A stretch of DNA of 64,000 nt from assembly GCF_009914755.1 (NCBI RefSeq), contig NC_060933.1, one strand, 5' to 3'. The notes beneath the pieces were generated by a model, which saw only the letters and a program-made list of their open reading frames with translations, was not told where the DNA came from and did not search any database. This document shows positions 56,402-64,000 of the stretch, in pieces; position 1 is the stretch's first letter; every line of letters starts with the position of its first letter. The position numbers were made by a program, and so were the translations under genes. The DNA comes from the human T2T-CHM13v2.0 reference genome, Homo sapiens.

Positions 56402-56774
56402 TGTTAGGGACTGAAGTTGGTGGTCCACCAAAGTCCATATGTTGAAGCCCTAATCCCCAGTGTCATGGTATTAGGAGGTGGGGCTCTTGAAAAGGAATTA
56501 GGTTTAGATGTGGTCATAAGGGTAAAGCCTCCATGATGGCATCAGTCCTTATAAGAAGAGGGAGAAACATCAGAACTTTCACTCTCCACTATGTGAGGAT
56601 ACAGCAGAAAGGTGACCATCAGCAAGTGAGGAAGAGAGCCCTCAATAAGAACCTGGCCATACTGGCACCCTGATCTTGGGCATGTTGCCTCCAGAATTAT
56701 GAGAAATAAATGTCTATTGTTTAAGCCACCCAGTCTATGGTATTTTGGTATATCAGCCCTAGCTGACTGAGACA
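56402..56774 (+). mobile_element. MLT1A/B-like solo LTR
   Basis: TGTTAGGGACTGAA...ATATGTTGAAGCCCTAATCCCCAG...GCTGACTGAGACA. Confidence 0.82.
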
Positions 56775-57052
56775 AATAGCTGAGGAAGTTTTTTAGAAGA
56801 AATATTTCATTGTAATAATTTCATGAAGCAACCAAACAATTTCTGAGAGTAAGAATCATTGGAAAATTAACAAGTTACATTAAATGTTACTTATGAGAAT
56901 ACTTTGATTTGAATGATCAAAAAATTCAGGTTACATTCTTTAAAGATGGAGATTTGCTTGAGAGATTCAAGTACAGATGTCTCTGTCTCTAACACAGAAA
57001 TGTGCTCAATAAATATTTATTGAAATGAACAGTGAAATTTAAGTATGATATT

Positions 57053-57563
57053 TGTATTAGGGTTCTCCAGAAAGACATAACCAATAGGGCACTAGATAGA
57101 ACTTATTAGGGGTTCATGCAATTAGGTAAGCTGAGGAGTTATACAATATGCCCTCAGCAAGCTGGAGAGCCAGGGAAGCCAGTGGTGTAGCTCCAATTCC
57201 AAGGCGGAAGGCCTGAGAACCTTCAGGTGTTTGTGCAAATGCTGGAGTCCAAAGACTGGAGAACCTGGAGTTCTGATGTCCAAAGGAAGGAGAAGGAGGG
57301 TATCCAACTTCAGAAGAGAGAGAGAGAGAGAAGAGAGAGAGCAAGCTCACCTTTCCTCTGACTTTTTGTTCTATCTGGGCTCTCAGCTGATTGGATGATG
57401 TCCACCTACCTTGGATGAGGGTAGATCTTCCTTACTCAGCCCACTGATTCAAATGCCAATCTCTTCCATAAACAACCACACAGACATATGGCAAAAGTAT
57501 GCCCTACCAGCTATCTGAGTATTCCTTAATCCAATCAAGTTAACAACTAAAATTAATCATCAA
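57053..57563 (-). mobile_element. MLT2 (MLT2B-like, ERVL) solo LTR
   Basis: TGTATTAGGGTTCTCCAGA...AATCCAATCAAGTTAACAACTAAAATTAATCATCA. Confidence 0.85.
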
Positions 57564-57704
57564 CATCTCCTGGTGTATAAGCTAAGGTACCAGAATTTCC
57601 AAACCAACTAGACCACAGCATTTCTCAAAGCAAAAATTTTGTTCTGCATCTGGGCCTTTATGTATATATGTGTCATTATATGCACACATGTATGTATGTA
57701 TGCC

Positions 57705-57708
57705 TCTG

Positions 57709-57758
<50 letters not shown>

Positions 57759-57760
57759 CA
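57705..57760. repeat. Tetranucleotide STR TCTG(TCTA)12TCCA
   Basis: 12 uninterrupted TCTA units at 57709-57756. Confidence 0.95.
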
Positions 57761-58562
57761 TAGCTGTATGGTAAGTTAGGCTCAAAGCTTGACACCTTTT
57801 TGGGGTGTATAATCACATATGTACTGGTGAGTTCATAATCAATGAAAACTTCATAAGGCACTTTATCAACAAAAGGTGTTGCTGGTAACAAATGAACAGA
57901 TCCTTTCAAATTTCTTAAGAAGTCACCAAACTATGTCTCTCTTTGAGATGAATGCTATCTCAGATATAGGCTGCATTTCAAGAATCTGATCTAGTGCGGC
58001 AGAAATTGGAAAATAGTTTGAAAAGTAAAAAATGCCACACAGACACAAGGTGCTTATCAGCAGATACAGTGCGGTCTAGAAAATTATTGCCAAGAATTTT
58101 GGAATTAAAAAATATGCGACAAAACATTCTGTGAATTCTGGGAAGCACTTCGAGGTAAGGGGAGAGGAAATTCACTTTTAGGGAAAGATTATACCTCTCT
58201 ATCAAATATTAACACACAACCAAACCATCCTGAAGATAGGCTTGAGGAACATGCCCATGTTAGATTGTGAGAGCCAGAGGTAGGATTTGAACTCAACTCT
58301 CTGATTCTGAAACCTGAATGTTCAATGTTGTCTGTAGAAGTGAGACCTTAGGTCTGAAAAACACGATGTCCTCATTCCTGATTCCCATCCTAACACTACC
58401 ACATCTCACTATAATACCGTTATTGTGATTAAAGCCTCATAATGTGACTCACAAAGATGTGTTAAGCATAACAGAATACATTCTTGGAGGAAAGATTATA
58501 AAGAAAAGATATTGTTTTTGTTCTTTGAAATTAAAAGCTAAAATAAAAAAGAGAAATCCCAA

Positions 58563-58720
58563 CTTGTAGCACTTTGACATTTTTGTGCTGTAAATACCCC
58601 CATCATGGCTGATTTCAAGCTGCCAGCATTTTATTGACTAGCTTGCAAAATTCCTGAAAATTTAGCAGTTGGCTTGTATGAACCAGTAAGAGCCCATTGA
58701 TTAGCTCCAATACATCATTG
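58563..58720. mobile_element. MER63-like hAT fragment
   Basis: TGTAAATACCCCCATCATGGCTGATTTCAAGCT...TTGCAAAATTCCTGAAAATTTA. Confidence 0.65.
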
Positions 58721-59969
58721 GAACAAGGCTTCTTAAAAAAAAATCTTTGGGAAGATGCTCTGGCTGGATTTGAGCAATTTACTATCATTTTAGACCAATC
58801 ACCATAGCTAGGTGTGTGGGTAACTACAATTACCCATCTTGGGTCTTGTGACCCTCCCTTACCAGCTGGCTGGGCATTGAGATGGCAACATCGCCAGACC
58901 CGCATACCTGATATTAGTGAGAAACAGTCCTCTGAATGTCCAGCAGAAGAGAAATGTGGATTGGATAAACACAATTCAAGGATGTGCTATAGAATCCCTG
59001 AGAGAAAGACAGGGTATGCAAATATATAATTATTAAAATTATGCAAATATGACCACAGTAATTGCAAAGAAGAACTGAAGGCAATGAGGTATTTTAAGGG
59101 TCCATTTCTTGGTATGGAAAACAGAGGGATAAATTAGAGAACATTACTTAACTTGTATGAGTTACATTTTTAAATACCTTGAGCATGGTCTTGTTCTTTA
59201 AGACAAAGTACAGAAATGGACCCAGTGTTCTCTTCCCCAGAAAAATGATACTGGGGCCATTTAGAACAGAAACACACAGTAAGTATGTTGCTTGTTTAAG
59301 GACTGTTGAGATTGTGAATATGAGTTTTCCAATTAGCATAAACACAGGTGTATTTTAAACGCTTCAGTCCCCAGCAGTTCTGTCACTATAGGCTCTACCT
59401 TTGAAGCTTTGTTTTGATCATTTTTTTGGCTCCAAAAAGAATTTTCTTTTTTATGCTGTTATTCTATATTTTGCTTCTTTGATGTGGGGCTCGACTGCCA
59501 TGTTGCAGAAGCACACTTTCCAAGCTTAAGAAAAAAACAAACAATTCTCACCACCTACATATCTGGCTTCATTGAACAGTTTCTTTCCTTCCAATTAATC
59601 CAAAGAGAGTTAAGATGCATTGCTTCCTCTATTCATCAAGGTGATTGTCAATTGAAAAGGGGAAAAAACAGCAAATGAAGCTAACACTCTTCAGAAACTC
59701 TCAGCAAAGAAAAAAGAAAGAAAAAAAGAAAAGAATAAAAGCCAGGAAGAGACGAAACTCTTTAGAAGGCATCTAGAATTTAGAATGCATTTTTTAATTA
59801 TCCTGGTAGAATGTCCAATGTTTTAATGTATATTTAAGACGAAAGAATAAAAAAACATTGTTGAGCATTTTTTTTTCAAATTTTTATCTCAGCTTAATTT
59901 TGAACTGCTCTTAAAAACTTTGCTGGCACTCAAAGCGGAGAAAAAGCAAAGATGTTTCTTACATTATTA

Positions 59970-61150
59970 TTGATTAAAAAAATGAGAAACAACTTAGATG
60001 TACAAATATAGAGGGTGTTTAAGTAAATTATGGTGTATCCACTGAATGAAAATTAGGCATGTATAATAATATTTCTGAAAATTTTACAAATAATTGATAA
60101 ACACTTCTGTTTTATATTGAGTATAAAAAACATCATTCAAACTTTCATATTTAATATATAAATGTTCATAATAGCTTTATTCTTAATACCAAAAAACTAG
60201 AAACAAGCCAAATGTTCCTCAGAAGGTAAATGAATAAACAAATTGTATTGAATTCCTATAGTGGAATAGTACTCAATGATGAAAAGAACAAACTATGGAT
60301 GCATGAATAAATCTCAAAAACATTATGCCAAGGGAATAAAAGCCAGGCACAAATAATTACAAACTCTGTGTTTCCATATAAGAATTTCTAGAGTAGACAA
60401 GACTAATCTATGGCAACAAAAAACATATCAGTGACATCGAGGGGCACGGTTTGAGAGGGGCTTCACTGCAAAGGGGTACAAGGGACCATTTTGGTGATAT
60501 AAATGTTTTATGTCTTGTTAGGGATAGTGGGTACATGAGACTTTTTTAAAAATCAAAATATTATCGTTTTATATTTAAAATTTACAAATTTTATTATACC
60601 CCCAACAAAGTTGATTTTAAAATAGAATATGTTGTCTTAGTCCATCCAGGCTGCTATAACAAAATACCACAAATTGGGTAGTTTATAAACAACGGAAATT
60701 TCTCTTTTACAGTTCTAGAAGCTAGGAAGTCCATACTCCAGCAGATTTGGTGTCTGGTGAGGGTCTAGTTTCTGATCCACAGGTAGAATCTTCTGGCTGT
60801 GTCCACATGTGAGAAGGAGAAAACAAGAGATTGGGCCTATTTTATAAGGGCACTAATTCCATACATAAGGGCTCCCCACTCATGACTTAATCATCTCCCC
60901 AAAGAGCCCACCTCCTAATATCATCACCTTGGGGATTAGGGTTTCAACATATAAATTTGGGGTTGACACAAACATCAACCCATAGTATAATATAATTCAA
61001 TTTTGTAAAATAAACTGACAGGAAACTATACATAGAAAAATACTATAAGGAACATTAGTAAGTATTAAAACATTTACAGTCATTATCCCTAGGTATGTCA
61101 TTAAGAGTAATTTTTTTTCTTTCTCCTAATTGACTGAATTGTTAAAATCG
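59970..61150 (+). mobile_element. Old L1M (L1MC/ME) 3' fragments, interrupted by an LTR
   Basis: AATGTTCATAATAGCTTTATTC...AACAAGCCAAATGT...AATCTCAAAAACATTATGC. Confidence 0.7.
60633..60987 (-). mobile_element. MLT1A0-like solo LTR
   Basis: TGTCTTAGTCCATCCAGGCTGCTATAACAAAATACCAC...CACAAACATCAACCCATAGTA. Confidence 0.85.
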
Positions 61151-63225
61151 GTACTGAAAGCATACACTTTTAAGTTATTTATCCATCTACTATGTCTGTC
61201 TATCCATTGGTCCCTTGTTTGTCTACCTGTCCATCCATGTATCCGTCTACCCTCTTTTACCTTCCTAAATTATCACCTTTATGAAGAACTTTAGTAACAG
61301 GTTTATATAGATATATAATTCTTTTAAGTATGCTTACAAACCCCAAGCATTATAACAGTTCTGCTTCACAATGATTTAACCAGAGGATACTTTCTTGGTT
61401 AGTTTTGTGGGCATGTCTGCCTCTGCCCCTCCCTGATTCGGGCAGTCACTTCAGGGAAAAGTAATAAAATACTTGATTTATTTTAAAAGAGTCAGGCTTA
61501 TTGACTGTTTAGAATGCTTTGATCATTCATTTTGTCAGGATCAAAGAATAGAGACTATTGATTACCTAGTGTTCTATGCAGACCTGCTTGTATGACACAA
61601 AGATTACTTGAATAGCATTGATCGTTGTCTCTCGAGTTGCAATGAAAATGGAAATGGTTCTCCTGGGAGGCTGTCATTCTAAACAACAGCAATAACATCA
61701 ACTACTATCATTCCTCCCGAATTTTTTTTTAAAAAGGATATTATTAATATTAAAATGATTTGGAGTACTTACATATTTACAAAAGACTTTTAACCAGAAT
61801 AAATCTTGAGATACAGCAATCTTGTGGGGTAAATAAGAGAAGCATTATAGATCTAGTTTTTAGAAGAAGACTCTGAGGCTCAGGAGGCTCATCGCACAAT
61901 TAAATGACAGAGCTAGTGTGCAAGTCCAGGACTTGAAATATTATTTCCACTATACTACACTGTTTGGCTTAATACATTTAAAAATGTTCCCTGTATTTTA
62001 TGTCCATGTTGGCATTCATTAAAGTTTCCTTTTCTTCTGGGTTGAATGAACAGAAAAAGGTTTTCATGAGAATTTTGGTTGTTATTATTATATATTAAGA
62101 TTTTCTCTCTTGCTCAGTTTAGAGGTGGGGAAAATTAAATGCAGCTTAATAAAACTTACAAATATTTTTGAGCCAGATCCATCAAATTCGCTGAAATCAG
62201 ACTCAAAGACATCAAATTGGTTTGACCATGTTTTTCTTCCTCTGGCCAAAGTGTCAATATTTCAATCCAACAGAAACCTGACTGATTTATGAATGTGTAT
62301 TATTGGCAAGGGGATAGGCATGGTGGCTAAACTATCAACACAAAGACAATTTCAATGAAGCATTTAAACCTAAGCATCTCTGATTTGGATAGAGAAATGG
62401 GTTCTCATTCTTGACTCTACAATATATTGTTTGTATAATCAACCTGTTTTAGGACACAAACTTTCCTCCACAAAATCTTTTGTTCCCCAGGAAAACAATT
62501 TTTGCTGTCAGATAAATCAGTGATAAAAGAAGACATATTTTAGCAAAACATTTGTTTTATAGATTTCATGTTTACATATCCAGAAACATGATTACTTTTT
62601 TATTGTCACAAATACTTTTTTTCTCATTTAAAACAAAACAAAACTTTCAGCTGTGCTGCTCATAAGAAAGTAAATGAAAATATTTGAAAGATAAAGTAGT
62701 CACTTTCTCATTATTAGATAGGCTAAGACACCATGAAATATTAAAGTTATTAGCAGAGTAGAATCCTAACCTAGCTCATCTAGGTTTATGATTTTAATTA
62801 ACCAACTTTGCTCTTTCCGAAGTAATACAAATCAAAGATGCCAAAATCACTTCATAAGAAGAAGGAAACATTATTCCTAAATTATTAAGGAAAGCCAAGA
62901 GAAACTGCCTATGGACAATTGGCTTAATCTAAGAGTTCATCGTTTTCTGCCTGAAGTTTCACTGAGCAGATGTTCCATTTTTCTTATCTTTTTGAAATAT
63001 GACTTAAAAAAACACCTAGGGGAAAATTTTAAATTTCATGAAGGATGATGGTTTTTGTCCCGTTTTATACCTTTTATGTGCTACTATGTAAAATGAGAAT
63101 ATTAATAATGGCTGCCGTAGTGTTACTATGATCAAGCAACCAACAAGGCACCTGGCATAGATACGTTAAAAAATGTTTGTTATTATTCTTATTAAACTAT
63201 TTTTCATAGTCTAAATATTAACTAA

Positions 63226-63561
<336 letters not shown>

Positions 63562-64000
63562 ATAAATGGATTTTTTTACCTTTGAAGATACACATGCCTG
63601 TATGTATATATATCTGTATCTACATATGCAAACATACACATATATGTATATATTTTTTAAAGGAAGTCTTTTTATTGTTGCTGCCGCTAAGCAATGGTTT
63701 CAGTGAAATTCAAATACAGAGAAAGCAACTTACTTATCTGCACAGAGACCAGAGGTAGATGAAAAAACAGTTCTTGTCCTCTCAGAGGAGACTGAGTGAG
63801 GCCTCTGGACTCGGCCTCTATTGCGCCCCAATCATTTCACAAGTAAAAGGAACCTTCAGTGTGAGAATGGACAGACAGGTAGTACAGAGGCTATTTTATT
63901 ATAATAAATGGAAAGCCCTGTTGGAGTAAGCTACACGCTGCCAGACATCATTTTCTCATGACTGCATAATCTTTCATAGCATTGTTTAAGGATTATTGTT

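Overview
Primate (very probably human or great ape) non-genic DNA, AT-rich and dominated by repeats. I find no intact protein-coding gene, RNA gene, CpG island or CRISPR array, and most short ORFs in the track are chance or repeat-derived. Main content: a complete THE1D-type MaLR provirus (4280-6670); a full-length, dead L1PA8/10-type LINE-1 with target-site duplications, TSDs (8221-14700); an internally deleted THE1A/B provirus (20091-20936); 8 Alus, including a tight AluY triplet; about a dozen further solo MaLR/ERVL LTRs; DNA transposon fossils (MER33, MER20, MER1B, MER53, Tigger3a, MER63); many MIR/L2 fragments; and a (TCTA)12 STR. Repeat subfamily names come from remembered consensus sequences and need RepeatMasker/Dfam confirmation. 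I cannot support a previously undescribed biological system here. The most interesting signals are micro-structural: a locally templated 37-43 bp insertion, two AluY head-to-head at one TTTTTT/AAAAA site, a 31-bp L1 tail inserted in L1 ORF2, a twin-primed L1, discordant THE1 LTRs, and a possible unidentified pseudogene fragment at the window start.
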